DNA of 63,927 nt, the filler included, from Barthelona sp. PAP020 (lineage: Eukaryota): assembly GCA_040182905.1 (NCBI GenBank). It is 3 parts of 3 records of this genome, joined end to end, with 100 filler letters (N's around TTAATTAATTAA, not from the genome) between each part and the next. Parts side by side here need not be neighbours in the genome. Positions count along the whole stretch, not along the records: positions 49,245 to 63,927 come from JARQWU010000298.1; 2 more parts are not named here. The stretch is one strand, 5' to 3'. This document shows, piece after piece, positions 49,912 through 60,461 of the stretch; within the stretch, counting starts at the first letter, position 1; every line of letters begins with the position of its first letter. Position numbers and translations under genes: made by a program. Below the pieces are notes generated by a model. It saw only the letters and a list, made by a program, of their open reading frames with translations. It made no database searches and was not told the origin of the DNA.

Positions 49912-51660
49912 TCACCTTTTCTTCTTCCTTCTTCCTTTTGTTTTGTTTTGTTGTTGATCTTGTTGTTGCTGTCTTTCATCAGATTGCTCATTTTCATGTT
50001 CAGTTTCCTTGATTTGCTTTTGAGTTTGTTTTAAAATTGTCTTACTTCCTAAATCTTCATGTTCAACTTCATTATCATCATCATCATCATCATCATCATC
50101 ATTATCATCATCCTCTTCATTAAGATTTTTGTTTATACTTCCAACTATTTTCTGTGGTTGGTCATTTGATTGATTTAAAAGGGAAAAATCTTCAATAATC
50201 TGAGATGAATAATTGACATTTGAATTCTGATTCACGGTAAAAATGCTATCTGATACAGCATTCATTAATTGGCCTATTGTATCATTATCATCATCAATAA
50301 TTGGATACTTAGAATCAATATTCTTGTCAAAAACGTTGGGATAAATATTTGATTCATCTTTGTAAAATACTCCAGCTGAAATGAAAAAAGGAATTCTGGT
50401 CTTTTCAATGGTGGTTAGTTCGATTTTGTTTATATTTATTTCATTGCTTTCAATTGTTGATATTAACTGGATTTGATCGAATGATGAATGTCTGAAAGTC
50501 TTTTCTGTCAGGTTAAGAATGGAATACTTTTTTTGGCTAATAAACATAAACAACAAATGATTATCGTCAAAACGACAAATGTTAAATTTCGTTTTGAGTT
50601 CTTTCAACTCCTCCAAATTTTGTTTCATTGAAATATCCTTGTAATGTATCTTTTCATTAGAATGCAATATATGAGTCGTGAGATTGTTTGAAGTAACAAC
50701 ACAATAATCAAAGAGATTAAATGATGCTCCCAACACGAGTTTATTTGGCTTGTAACCCCTAAAATAACACATATTTTCTTTCAGCATCACATTCATTTTG
50801 TCAATCATAATGTCTAAAACGATGATAATTCGACCACTTTCATCAGTTACCATCATTTGAGTTCCATTCTCCAACAAAAATGCTTGACCCAATTGTATGT
50901 TTTTGAATGAATAAATACAGGCTGATGAAACCGGTTCCAAAGAAATAACAAACATATAGGTGTTTAAACTATCACTTTTTGGTGTTTTATTCAAACTAGA
51001 TGACACATTAGATATAACAGCAGAACGTTCCAATTGAAGAATGCCTGAAGCTATGTTTCCTAAAGTGCTAAAAACATCTTTTGTAACAGAACCTACTTTC
51101 TTGGCTGAACTAACAACACTTTGGGAAAATGAAATATCAAAAGGAATTGTTGACTCAATAATTATTGAGTTGTAACTAGAAATCGTTTTTCCAATTATAA
51201 CCAAAAACTGCTCATTAATACATAAATCCAAAATTTTATTAAATTTTCCTTCATAAATACACGTTAAATCAACAAACCTATACACAAATAATTGATTTAC
51301 CTTCGTAATACAACATAAATGATTATGTGAACAATATTGTTTTGTGACAAAAATTTCTTTGGGTGATTCCCAAACTTTTTGGCCATTATTTATTGAAATT
51401 ATTTCGACAGTTCCATTTGGATTCAAAATTGATATGCATAAACCATGAACTGAACAATTTGACAACAGTAATCCATGAATCGATGTAATATTTTCAAGAC
51501 TACAAATAATCTTCCCTTTTAAAGGATGACAATCTGTCCATCCAATGCATTGAATTGAAGAATTATAACCAAAAATGGTTATTGAACTAAATTCCAGTAA
51601 TGGAGATTTACAATGTTCAACCCATTTCAAATTTAATGATAAAAACTCATTCGATATCAT
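49912..51660 (-). CDS. BCAS3/Atg18-like WD40 propeller protein
   Basis: GTQMMVTDESGR and YFRGYK......SF....VVTSNNLTTHI resemble BCAS3/PROPPIN motifs; acidic/basic tail. Confidence 0.5.
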   Translation of the reverse strand: MISNEFLSLNLKWVEHCKSPLLEFSSITIFGYNSSIQCIGWTDCHPLKGKIICSLENITSIHGLLLSNCSVHGLCISILNPNGTVEIISINNGQKVWESPKEIFVTKQYCSHNHLCCITKVNQLFVYRFVDLTCIYEGKFNKILDLCINEQFLVIIGKTISSYNSIIIESTIPFDISFSQSVVSSAKKVGSVTKDVFSTLGNIASGILQLERSAVISNVSSSLNKTPKSDSLNTYMFVISLEPVSSACIYSFKNIQLGQAFLLENGTQMMVTDESGRIIIVLDIMIDKMNVMLKENMCYFRGYKPNKLVLGASFNLFDYCVVTSNNLTTHILHSNEKIHYKDISMKQNLEELKELKTKFNICRFDDNHLLFMFISQKKYSILNLTEKTFRHSSFDQIQLISTIESNEININKIELTTIEKTRIPFFISAGVFYKDESNIYPNVFDKNIDSKYPIIDDDNDTIGQLMNAVSDSIFTVNQNSNVNYSSQIIEDFSLLNQSNDQPQKIVGSINKNLNEEDDDNDDDDDDDDDNEVEHEDLGSKTILKQTQKQIKETEHENEQSDERQQQQDQQQNKTKGRRKKKR

Positions 51661-51800
51661 TTCATATTGAATTTAATCTTAAAAACAATAAAACTTGAAA
51701 TAAAAAAATGATTTCTGCTCCAACCATTTGTTTTTTATTTTAAGAAGGTTTGACCAACCATAAACAAAAATTTAAAATTTGTATTTATAATTTACACATA

Positions 51801-54191
51801 TTATGTTGTGGTTGATGAAGATGATGTAGATTTTCTTCTCACAGGCTTAGATTTAGTTTTCACAGATGATGATACTTTTCTTACACCCATGCTTCTGCTG
51901 TTGCTCGTTAGTGATGATTTGGGTTTTTTCTTTAGTTTTTTAACAGTCACCGTTTTGTTAGATGTCGAATTTCTTGGAATGACTTCGGATTTAACTTTCC
52001 TTGACATATCGCTTTTGAAATTATCAACAAGCGTTTTTGGACGAGCAGATCGTACCGTTATTATTTCATCATTTTCAAAAACTTCAGATTCAACGCTGTT
52101 CAACTGATCTAATTCAATATTGGTGGTTGAGGTTTCAATTTCTGAAAATAAAGGTTTTTCAACTTCTTTTGCTGGCAAAAATTCTTTTGATATTATGGGC
52201 AAGGGATTGGAACATTTTTCAGGGGGTGACATCAAAAATTCTTCACTCAATAATTGAGCTAATTGTTTCTTTAACTGATATTCTTCAACTTTCAAAGAAT
52301 ACAAACCATCCTCCGCTAACGAACATGCATCCACTTCTTCCTCAAAACTATTGGTTAATTTCTTTAAATTTGGATCTGATTGATTCTCTAAGCGAACAAT
52401 TTCTTTCATTGTCTTTCGAATTTCTCTTTCATTAACCAAACGTTTATTCTTTGTTGATACAATGATAGTGTCTTGAATTTCTCTTCGACTTAAAGCATTA
52501 GCTTTGATTTCTGACAATTCCTTCCCTAATGTATTGTTCTGTTCACTTATAATCTCATAAACTTGTATCAAACTTTGAACATCTGCCTCCAACTGATCTT
52601 TTGTCTCTTGATTCTTAATTATCAATTGTTCTCTGGCTTTTTCCTGTTCATTTACCAACTCTTCAAGGTTTTCGGCTTGAATTATTGCAGATTCAATAGA
52701 TTTTCTAACTTCAGCCAACATTTCTTGTCTTTGCTTCAATTCATTCAATCTTGAGCGATATAGTTCCGGCATAGATGAACGAATCTGAGAAATCCTAATT
52801 TTCAGCAGCTGTTTTAAATATTCATGCAAATTATGATTAATGTGGTTCAGTGAAACGTCAACATTTATCAAAGGGGTATCTGGATTTTCTTCTAAAACAT
52901 CCAAAAGACCAATAACCAATTCATTGTCAAACATGTTGTCCCTCAAATTCAAATATTCCAATGTCTTATTTTTGAACAAACTGTTGATCAAGGCATCTTG
53001 ACTTTCAAAACCTATCCTATTTTCCATCAGATTAACATAAGTTAACATACAATCTTTATTTCCCAAAAATTCAGCTATTGATTCCAATCCTTCATTGTTG
53101 ATCAAATTCTTTGCCAGACTAATTTTTCTTAAAGAGCATCCTGATTCTGAAAAGGCACTAAACATATGATGAACATCAGTGATCTGACAATCCTCAAGAT
53201 ACAACACTTCCAGCTTACCTCTAGGCAGCAATGCAACCGTTGTTAAAATAAAAATGCTCTGATTATCCAAAATATTCTCACTGAAATCTAAGGTAGTAAT
53301 GTTGGTCTTTATGAAAGATCGACAAAAAGCGTTCAAAGAAACACTCGATTTAATATCGTTGCTTCTTAAATTCAAATTCTTTAAGCTCTGTAATTTTGGT
53401 AATATTTGGGACAAAATTTGCAATCCAGATGAACCTATCCTATTACGTGATAAATTTAAGGTTTCTAACGACAACTCTATTTTAGTTTGAATTAATCCAT
53501 TGACAAAACTTTGAATTCCCTTCATACCCAAATTGTTTGATGTTAGATTACAAGAAACTAAAGATGGACAATTACCAATACCACTGCCTAAAGCAAAAGA
53601 TCCCTCCTCAGATATTCCATTGCCATCCAAATTAAGGTATTGTAAAACAGGGGATTCTTCCATGAATTTTGACAATGCGACTGCACCATTCCTGCCCAAA
53701 TGATTTCTATTCAAACCAGAATGCCCACTTAAATCAATAAAACACAAATGTGAACTGCCTTTAATTGTTTCAAAAAAATATTTGTACCCTTTGGACCCAA
53801 TTTCATTAGCTCTTAAATCAACAGCGGCAATTTTTGACTGTCGGATAAACGGTGCCAGAATAATAACACCATCATCTTTCAATTTATTTCCAAAAAGGTC
53901 TAACATATGATATCGTCTAATAAATAATGGGTTAGCCAAAATATCTGTTAAAACCCTTGCAGAATTTGTACCTAAACCCAAACTCCTCAAACAAAATATA
54001 TTCCCCATGCAATTACTGGCAATAACATTGTAAAATCTTAATTTTCGACTTTCATCTACAGGTATTTGTAAATCTTCACATCTTGCAGAAAATAACCTGT
54101 CAATAATTCTTTGATTCAAAGGAATATTTTCAAAATCTATTTCATTTCCACATATTTCTACACAAACACTTTTAAAATCACTTGAATCCAT
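51801..54191 (-). CDS. RNI-like leucine-rich repeat protein with coiled coil and basic tail
   Basis: Many ~28-aa LxxLxLxxNxI/LxxxG repeats. Confidence 0.85.
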   Translation of the reverse strand: MDSSDFKSVCVEICGNEIDFENIPLNQRIIDRLFSARCEDLQIPVDESRKLRFYNVIASNCMGNIFCLRSLGLGTNSARVLTDILANPLFIRRYHMLDLFGNKLKDDGVIILAPFIRQSKIAAVDLRANEIGSKGYKYFFETIKGSSHLCFIDLSGHSGLNRNHLGRNGAVALSKFMEESPVLQYLNLDGNGISEEGSFALGSGIGNCPSLVSCNLTSNNLGMKGIQSFVNGLIQTKIELSLETLNLSRNRIGSSGLQILSQILPKLQSLKNLNLRSNDIKSSVSLNAFCRSFIKTNITTLDFSENILDNQSIFILTTVALLPRGKLEVLYLEDCQITDVHHMFSAFSESGCSLRKISLAKNLINNEGLESIAEFLGNKDCMLTYVNLMENRIGFESQDALINSLFKNKTLEYLNLRDNMFDNELVIGLLDVLEENPDTPLINVDVSLNHINHNLHEYLKQLLKIRISQIRSSMPELYRSRLNELKQRQEMLAEVRKSIESAIIQAENLEELVNEQEKAREQLIIKNQETKDQLEADVQSLIQVYEIISEQNNTLGKELSEIKANALSRREIQDTIIVSTKNKRLVNEREIRKTMKEIVRLENQSDPNLKKLTNSFEEEVDACSLAEDGLYSLKVEEYQLKKQLAQLLSEEFLMSPPEKCSNPLPIISKEFLPAKEVEKPLFSEIETSTTNIELDQLNSVESEVFENDEIITVRSARPKTLVDNFKSDMSRKVKSEVIPRNSTSNKTVTVKKLKKKPKSSLTSNSRSMGVRKVSSSVKTKSKPVRRKSTSSSSTTT

Positions 54192-54546
54192 GTTTCATCA
54201 CCAAAAAAAAATATTGAAAAAAGGTTGCCAAATAAAAAATATAAAAAAAGAGCTTTGGTGTTTCTACGTTACTTATCTGTCATTAATTGAGGCATTTTAT
54301 TGTATTAAAAACCAGAATGTCAAAAACTAATCTTTCATTCAAAAAATTTTGCCATTGAAAGTGAAGAAAAAAGAAATCATCAAGAAAATGGGTATTTATT
54401 GAAAAACCGAAAGGTAAAAAACCAATAGGGAACAAGAAATAATAAAAACAAAACAAACAGTGAATTATGATCATAAAAACTCCAACACACAGAAATATTG
54501 CAAATAAAAATCACTTGAATCACCCAAAAGCCATTACCAGAACTGC

Positions 54547-54624
54547 TTACTTGGCTCTTGCGCGTAATTTTCTGCGGGCTCTTTTAAGTCTTCTAACTCT
54601 TTTCTTTTTCCATTTGTCTCTCAT
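54547..54624 (-). CDS. RPL41: Ribosomal protein L41 (eL41/eS32), 25 aa
   Basis: MRDKWKKKRVRRLKRARRKLRARAK*; below the ORF-track length cutoff. Confidence 0.95.
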   Translation of the reverse strand: MRDKWKKKRVRRLKRARRKLRARAK

Positions 54625-54627
54625 TTT

Positions 54628-54661
54628 CTAATATTAGATTGGGAAAATTGAAAAAAAATAC
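54628..54661 (-). other. Probable 34-nt 5'-UTR intron of RPL41
   Basis: AG|GTATTT...TCTAATATTAG|AAAATG; size and signals similar to the coding-region introns. Confidence 0.55.
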
Positions 54662-54787
54662 CTAATAAAACAATAAAATTGTGAAGAAGAAAAAATATTG
54701 AATTTTGGAAAAGTTGGTAATTTTTTTGAAAAGTTGATTTTTGAGTGAAAGAAAAGGAATTTCTATTATCCAACCAATGCTATAATA

Positions 54788-55987
54788 ATGGATTTTTATC
54801 AAGAACTGATAGATTTGAATCCGTTTTATTTGTTTTTATCTGCAACAAGAGATCAATTTGAAAATCAACCAAAATTCTATGATGATATTCATGATTTATT
54901 AAGTATGGCAATCAGAAACAATTATATTATACTTATACCAGATACTAGATATCTTGTTGGTGTCAAATTCCACAATTTGGAATTTATTAAATCACATCTA
55001 ATAACGAAGTCCAGAATTTTTTATGATGAATATATAACAGCTAATGGTAAAATTTTACATATAGATGAAAATACACATGTTTTAACTGCAGATTCTATTT
55101 CTCGAAGGGAAGTTAAGAGATTTCCTGGTAGGAAACAAGTTTTCTTGCCTCATGGAGCGATCCCTTGTAGGCTTATTTCCAAACCTATTATTGATGATTA
55201 TCATGAATTCAACAGGAATTTGTTTGAGAATAGAAGTAATTTGTTCAATATTGACAGGTTTTTAAAAAAATGGAGTGTTAATGAACCAATAATTGAAACA
55301 TTCAATCAAAAATTATTGGTATTTCAAGACGATATGTCCGTTATTTCATCGGAAAAGGGATCTGCTCAATATTTGCATCGTATTTGTCAACAAACATTGG
55401 ATAAGTTGTGTGAGAGGAATCCTGATTATAAGATGTGGGTTAGTACCTCTGATGCGTTGAATGGTGACCTCCATTTGACTTTGCTAACGTATTCACTTTT
55501 AAAATGTCCTTCTTTTTTTAATCAATTAGATCGACGTTGTCAACAAATGAATTTGGTTTTAGAAATGGCATGTATTAAGATGCCCCTTCCTGAAGAACTT
55601 GAATCATACCCTGATGTGTCTGATTTAGCAAGGTTATTTCTTGATTTGAAGAAAGAAAGCATTTTAGAGAAATATGCAGCTTTAAAAAAGTTTGGTGAAA
55701 AGATACAAGGAATTGAATTGTTAGATGAAGATAACAACATCATACCTATCACTGGTGATCATATTGTACCTCTTTGTGAGTGTGTATTACTTTCTTTGGG
55801 AAAAATTTGTAATGAAACAAACGAAGAATTTCCTCATATATACTCTAACATGGAATATATTCGACAATTTATTTTGAAACCTCCAGAAGGTGTTTTAAGT
55901 GGAGAAATTGAACATGTTCTTATTGATATTTTAGCTGCTTCCAACAAACTCAAAACTTATTATCAAACAAATGTATATCATAAATGA
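54788..55987 (+). CDS. VPS9-domain Rab GEF, VARP/ANKRD27 N-terminal-like
   Basis: NPFYLFL, IILIP, YITANGK (VARP N-terminus) and ITGDHIVP...YSNMEYIRQF...GEIEHVL (VPS9). Confidence 0.7.
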   Translation: MDFYQELIDLNPFYLFLSATRDQFENQPKFYDDIHDLLSMAIRNNYIILIPDTRYLVGVKFHNLEFIKSHLITKSRIFYDEYITANGKILHIDENTHVLTADSISRREVKRFPGRKQVFLPHGAIPCRLISKPIIDDYHEFNRNLFENRSNLFNIDRFLKKWSVNEPIIETFNQKLLVFQDDMSVISSEKGSAQYLHRICQQTLDKLCERNPDYKMWVSTSDALNGDLHLTLLTYSLLKCPSFFNQLDRRCQQMNLVLEMACIKMPLPEELESYPDVSDLARLFLDLKKESILEKYAALKKFGEKIQGIELLDEDNNIIPITGDHIVPLCECVLLSLGKICNETNEEFPHIYSNMEYIRQFILKPPEGVLSGEIEHVLIDILAASNKLKTYYQTNVYHK

Positions 55988-56182
55988 ACAAATTATAAAT
56001 AAACACATCATATAGATATTTTATTGTTTTATTTTAATTTTTGGCAGTTAAATACAAAGTGATGGTAATTGAAAGATTTAATTCAAGTGAAGATCAATGA
56101 AATCATATCTTTGTAAGATTATTTTTTTTTTTCTGAACAGATTCTATTATTTGTTTGTGCATAACTTTTATGAAATTTATTC

Positions 56183-57559
56183 ATGTATTTTCCTGAAAAT
56201 ATCCATTTCAATGATTCTATTGTGATCAATGATTTTGAATTTTCAAAAGATGGAAACTTACAACGAATTCCAGAGGATAATGCTCTAATTCAAAAAGTAG
56301 TTCGATCTTATGGGTTTCCTGTGGTTTTATGTTCGATTTTTATCTTTTCTACTGGTGTTGGTTTAGGTTCCAGCATGCAATACTTTTATTCTGGCATGTT
56401 TGTATCTTATGAAATGGTAATTTGCATGTTAAGAGGCATTGTATTCTTTTGTTCCTTGTTATCATCACAACTAACAGCGTTTTTTCCTTATTATTTGGAG
56501 AAAATGCGAAGCTATGGCACATATTTATCGTCCTCTATGTTGACATTATTTTATTGTTTCTTATATCAATCTTTAGTCGAAGATATCAGTTCTTTTACAT
56601 TTGAGACTGTTCAACATTTCGAAAATGTTCTTATTGTACTCATTCTCGACGGCTTCTATATCTCTTCATGTGTATTTTTGGCATTTTTAAGAGAAAACGC
56701 AGTATCTTTTTTGTTAAAGTTGTTGGTTCCCCTTATTAGTGGCATATTTTTTGTGTTGATGAAGCCATCCACAACAGTTCGCTGTATTTTTATAGTAGTT
56801 GCGATTATTCTGTTGATGGTGTGTATGAGTTTTACAATTAGACTCAGAAAGCGTGTTATATCGTTCAGTGACCTAAAATTGCCTTTAATTATCAACATTA
56901 AACCATTTGTGTTCAACTATTTTTGTGCTATTTGTTTTTTTGTGGTGCTATTTTTTGCTTTTGACTCAGACACTGCAAGGGAACAGCGATTATATTTGTT
57001 TATTGTATCTTCGTTGCGATTGATTGGAACTGTTTTTGAATCAATTGAGTTGATAAAAATATTGATTATTTCACCGTTTAAAATGTTTTCAAATTTGTTC
57101 GATACCCTTGAATCATCTTTAGTTCATAGTGATAGCAGTGAAAGTGTGGGTAAATTCCAAAGGAGTAGGAGCAATACACAAAATTTCAACACATCGTCAT
57201 TTTCATTTGCAAATGAACATCCAAATTCGATCATCATAAACACAGAGTGGGTTGTTCTTTTTGTAAATGGAGAATTGTTTCATGAGGATTTCAATCCCAA
57301 AAATCTCTTCATGACGTACAAAACTTTAGATGAGTTAGTTTTATCATCGCATTTCAAAGAGTTGTTGGATTTTAAGCAGTGGGGGATGCAAACTATGGAA
57401 AATTTTGATAACTCAACTGAACAAGAAAGAGAAAAAATAGTTAGCTTCAAGTTCTTTGATCCAAACATGTTCAATGGGAATCCTTTTATTGTTGAAATTA
57501 AGTGGACATTATTTAAAACCAAACACGGGGCATTTTTCTATGTTGGTGTATTCAATTAA
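56183..57559 (+). CDS. Multi-pass membrane protein with C-terminal PAS/PAC-like domain
   Basis: About 8 TM segments, then HPNSIIINTEWVVLFVN...F and GNPFIVEIKWTL...GAFFYVGVFN. Confidence 0.6.
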   Translation: MYFPENIHFNDSIVINDFEFSKDGNLQRIPEDNALIQKVVRSYGFPVVLCSIFIFSTGVGLGSSMQYFYSGMFVSYEMVICMLRGIVFFCSLLSSQLTAFFPYYLEKMRSYGTYLSSSMLTLFYCFLYQSLVEDISSFTFETVQHFENVLIVLILDGFYISSCVFLAFLRENAVSFLLKLLVPLISGIFFVLMKPSTTVRCIFIVVAIILLMVCMSFTIRLRKRVISFSDLKLPLIINIKPFVFNYFCAICFFVVLFFAFDSDTAREQRLYLFIVSSLRLIGTVFESIELIKILIISPFKMFSNLFDTLESSLVHSDSSESVGKFQRSRSNTQNFNTSSFSFANEHPNSIIINTEWVVLFVNGELFHEDFNPKNLFMTYKTLDELVLSSHFKELLDFKQWGMQTMENFDNSTEQEREKIVSFKFFDPNMFNGNPFIVEIKWTLFKTKHGAFFYVGVFN

Positions 57560-57821
57560 TGTAAATTGTTTAATTTCAATTTTTCTTTAGTTTCTTTTAT
57601 TGTTGGTTTGCATGTGATGTAAGTAGGAGCGAAGGAAAGGAGGGAACAAAAGTTTTCAATAAATGTCTTCCATCGTTTCTTCATTAATTTTTATTTAGAG
57701 TTACACATTCATTTAAAGAAGAGTTTAGGAGGATTTTAACTTGAATTTTTTCAATATAAAAGTTGGATTTTTAGTTCCGGTGATAACCGTCAAGATTAAT
57801 CTCACTTATTTTACAAATGAA

Positions 57822-60389
57822 ATGATTTTAGAAGTGCCAGAAAGTTTTGATGAACATTTAACTTTGGATGGAACACCTGAAAGAACATACTCAATATTAT
57901 CAAATCCTCCAATTTCATCATCATCTGTTGACAATTTTCTTTTTTCGATATTGTGTTGTTGTGTTCAATTAACATTGACAATTTACTATGTTATCAGAAA
58001 GGAATTGTTTCTGGTTTCTATGCTGTACTTTGTTTTTGATTTTTTATTTATCAGTTCCATTTTATTTTCTCTACACGATTACATTCCCAAACTATTGGAA
58101 AATTTCTCGTATTTCGAGTATAATTACATCTCTTCCTTGAAAGAAGAATGGAAGAATTGCAGAAAGAGCATATTGAACAGATCAATTACTTTTTTTAATT
58201 TTATGGGAGCCATTAATGTATGTTTGACCATAGTTTTGAACAAAGTTGACAAGAGCTTTCAGATTATTATCTTTTTATCATTGTTTCTCGCTGCTTTAAT
58301 ATTTAACAATAGCATAGTTCGAAGTTTATGCAAAAACCTCAGAGTATTGATTGTTAACTTTGGAATGAATGTCAAAATGAATGAAATATCCCCAGAAGAG
58401 AAAGATGAAAAGAATTTACCTATTTTTTTACACATGCTTGGATATTCTCTATTGGTTGCTCTTCCTCCACTGTTTTTTGCAGTGTTCAAGATTGGAACTG
58501 AATGGAAGTGGATATTGTCGTCTTTTTCTGCAGGGTTGGGAATCAGTATTTTGAGATTACAAAAGAACTTTGCCTTAAAATTTTTGGCATATTTTTACGC
58601 TGTGATTGTGGCAATGCTGCAAATAGCTGCTGGGGTTACTTATTACGTCACAAAAGGACCAATAGACCACCAAACGTTGGCTCATTTGGATATTCATAAC
58701 GTTGATGCAATTGTCAACTCGAATAAGTTGATTTCTTTTGTGGGAATCTTCTTTTTTATCTTGATGGTTCCAGTTTTCACATTAAGTAAACGCAGGTTTT
58801 CCTCGAAAAAAGGATATTTCTTTGCTTTTGTTGTTGCCACTCTGATGATTTACAGTTTTTCGCCATTCTGGGATGTTTTGAGCACCCTTCAAATCAACCC
58901 ACTGCAGACAAAGGTTGTTCAATCTCAAGAGGAAATAACTCAAGTGAAGTCACTATACGAAACATTAAGTACAAAGAAAACCGTTTTTCAAACTGGTAAC
59001 ACAAAAAAGAATGTCATCATGATTGTCACTGAGAGTTTGGAACAAGCGTACTATGAAAATCCTGTTCTCAAACGATACATACCAGACCTTGTGAAATATC
59101 AGGAGAATTCGTATAGCTTCGACAACATCAAGTCATACCCTGGAACCACTTTCACTGCTGCTGGACTGTTTTCTTTGTTTTGTTCGTTGCCTTTGCTGGA
59201 GAAGGGTGCTGGAAATACTGCTTTTGCAAGTTTTGACCCTTCGAGTGTCATTGGGACAAACAAGTGTTTTCCTGGACATTTAAAGAAAAATGGGTACAAA
59301 ACAGTATTTATGAATGGAGGAAGAGCAAATTTCGGAGGAAAGGGCAATATCGTCAAGGCGGCCGGAATTTCGGAATTTTATGGGTTCAAGGATTGGGAAA
59401 AAGAGCATCCAAAGTCACATTTCAACAGCTGGGGACTTTATGATTCCTTTTTATTTCAGCACAGCTATGATAAAGTCAAAGAGTTAGAAAAGCAGTTTAA
59501 GGAGAATGGAGATCCCTATTTCTTGTCATTGCTGACAGTTTCAACGCATGGACCTCATGGTTTTATGGATTTTGAATGTGCTCACATGGATATAAAGGAA
59601 GAAGTGGAGTTTTTGAGAACGTTAAAATGTCACAACCACATGTTAATTGATCTGTTGAGGAAGTTGGAGGAAACGGTCAACTTGGACAACACAATGATAG
59701 TTCTCGTGGCTGATCACATTGCGATGCGCAACCAAATTTCAGATATTTTGGACTCAATACCTAATCGCAGAATTAGTTTTATGATGAAGAGCAATTGGTT
59801 GGATTTTAAGCGTAATCATAATGTGGGAACTCATTTTGACGTTGGGCCCACAATAATGGAGGCTTTGGGACATTCTCTTGTAGATTTTCATCTTGGTCAA
59901 TCATTGATGAGTAACAGTCAAGGTTATTGTCATGAGCATGATATTTCATCAGCATTTTTGAAGAAGAACTTTGACATTTATGGTTATTCACATCACTTGA
60001 AGGAATGCAGTTATTCAAAGCAGGATAAGGAGCCTTCAAACAGAAAAATGAAAGTGATGGTAAACTATCGTGATCGATTGGTGAATTTAAATGGAGAGAA
60101 CATTCATGTGACCCAATCTGGAAATCCTTTATCATTCAGAAATCAGTTTGTTATCAAAGTTGATCACACTTTTAAAATTGAATCCATATACGTCAAATCG
60201 ACGGACAGTCGAGTTTTCGAGTCGGAAAAGGATTTTGAGGATTCAATCTTTTTAGTGTTCACGTTATCACGTGGCTTTCAGGTCCATACAGGCCCTGCAA
60301 ACATTTACAGATTTAGGAAAAGAAGCATTCAAACCATTCTCATTCAAAAGAATGAGCTGAACAATAAATTTATCGTGTCTCCCATTTAA
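57822..60389 (+). CDS. Phosphoglycerol transferase I / LTA-synthase-family membrane sulfatase (MdoB/OpgB-like)
   Basis: TM N-terminus, then NVIMIVTESLE, PGTTFTAAG, GYKTVFMNG, WGLYD, LLTVSTHGPHG, VADHIAMRN, HFDVGPTI. Confidence 0.85.
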   Translation: MILEVPESFDEHLTLDGTPERTYSILSNPPISSSSVDNFLFSILCCCVQLTLTIYYVIRKELFLVSMLYFVFDFLFISSILFSLHDYIPKLLENFSYFEYNYISSLKEEWKNCRKSILNRSITFFNFMGAINVCLTIVLNKVDKSFQIIIFLSLFLAALIFNNSIVRSLCKNLRVLIVNFGMNVKMNEISPEEKDEKNLPIFLHMLGYSLLVALPPLFFAVFKIGTEWKWILSSFSAGLGISILRLQKNFALKFLAYFYAVIVAMLQIAAGVTYYVTKGPIDHQTLAHLDIHNVDAIVNSNKLISFVGIFFFILMVPVFTLSKRRFSSKKGYFFAFVVATLMIYSFSPFWDVLSTLQINPLQTKVVQSQEEITQVKSLYETLSTKKTVFQTGNTKKNVIMIVTESLEQAYYENPVLKRYIPDLVKYQENSYSFDNIKSYPGTTFTAAGLFSLFCSLPLLEKGAGNTAFASFDPSSVIGTNKCFPGHLKKNGYKTVFMNGGRANFGGKGNIVKAAGISEFYGFKDWEKEHPKSHFNSWGLYDSFLFQHSYDKVKELEKQFKENGDPYFLSLLTVSTHGPHGFMDFECAHMDIKEEVEFLRTLKCHNHMLIDLLRKLEETVNLDNTMIVLVADHIAMRNQISDILDSIPNRRISFMMKSNWLDFKRNHNVGTHFDVGPTIMEALGHSLVDFHLGQSLMSNSQGYCHEHDISSAFLKKNFDIYGYSHHLKECSYSKQDKEPSNRKMKVMVNYRDRLVNLNGENIHVTQSGNPLSFRNQFVIKVDHTFKIESIYVKSTDSRVFESEKDFEDSIFLVFTLSRGFQVHTGPANIYRFRKRSIQTILIQKNELNNKFIVSPI

Positions 60390-60461
60390 ATCTGCCTTTG
60401 CCTTTAAAGGATTTTCAATACATATTTTTGTAAATAGTTTTTTAATACATTATTTTGCCTT

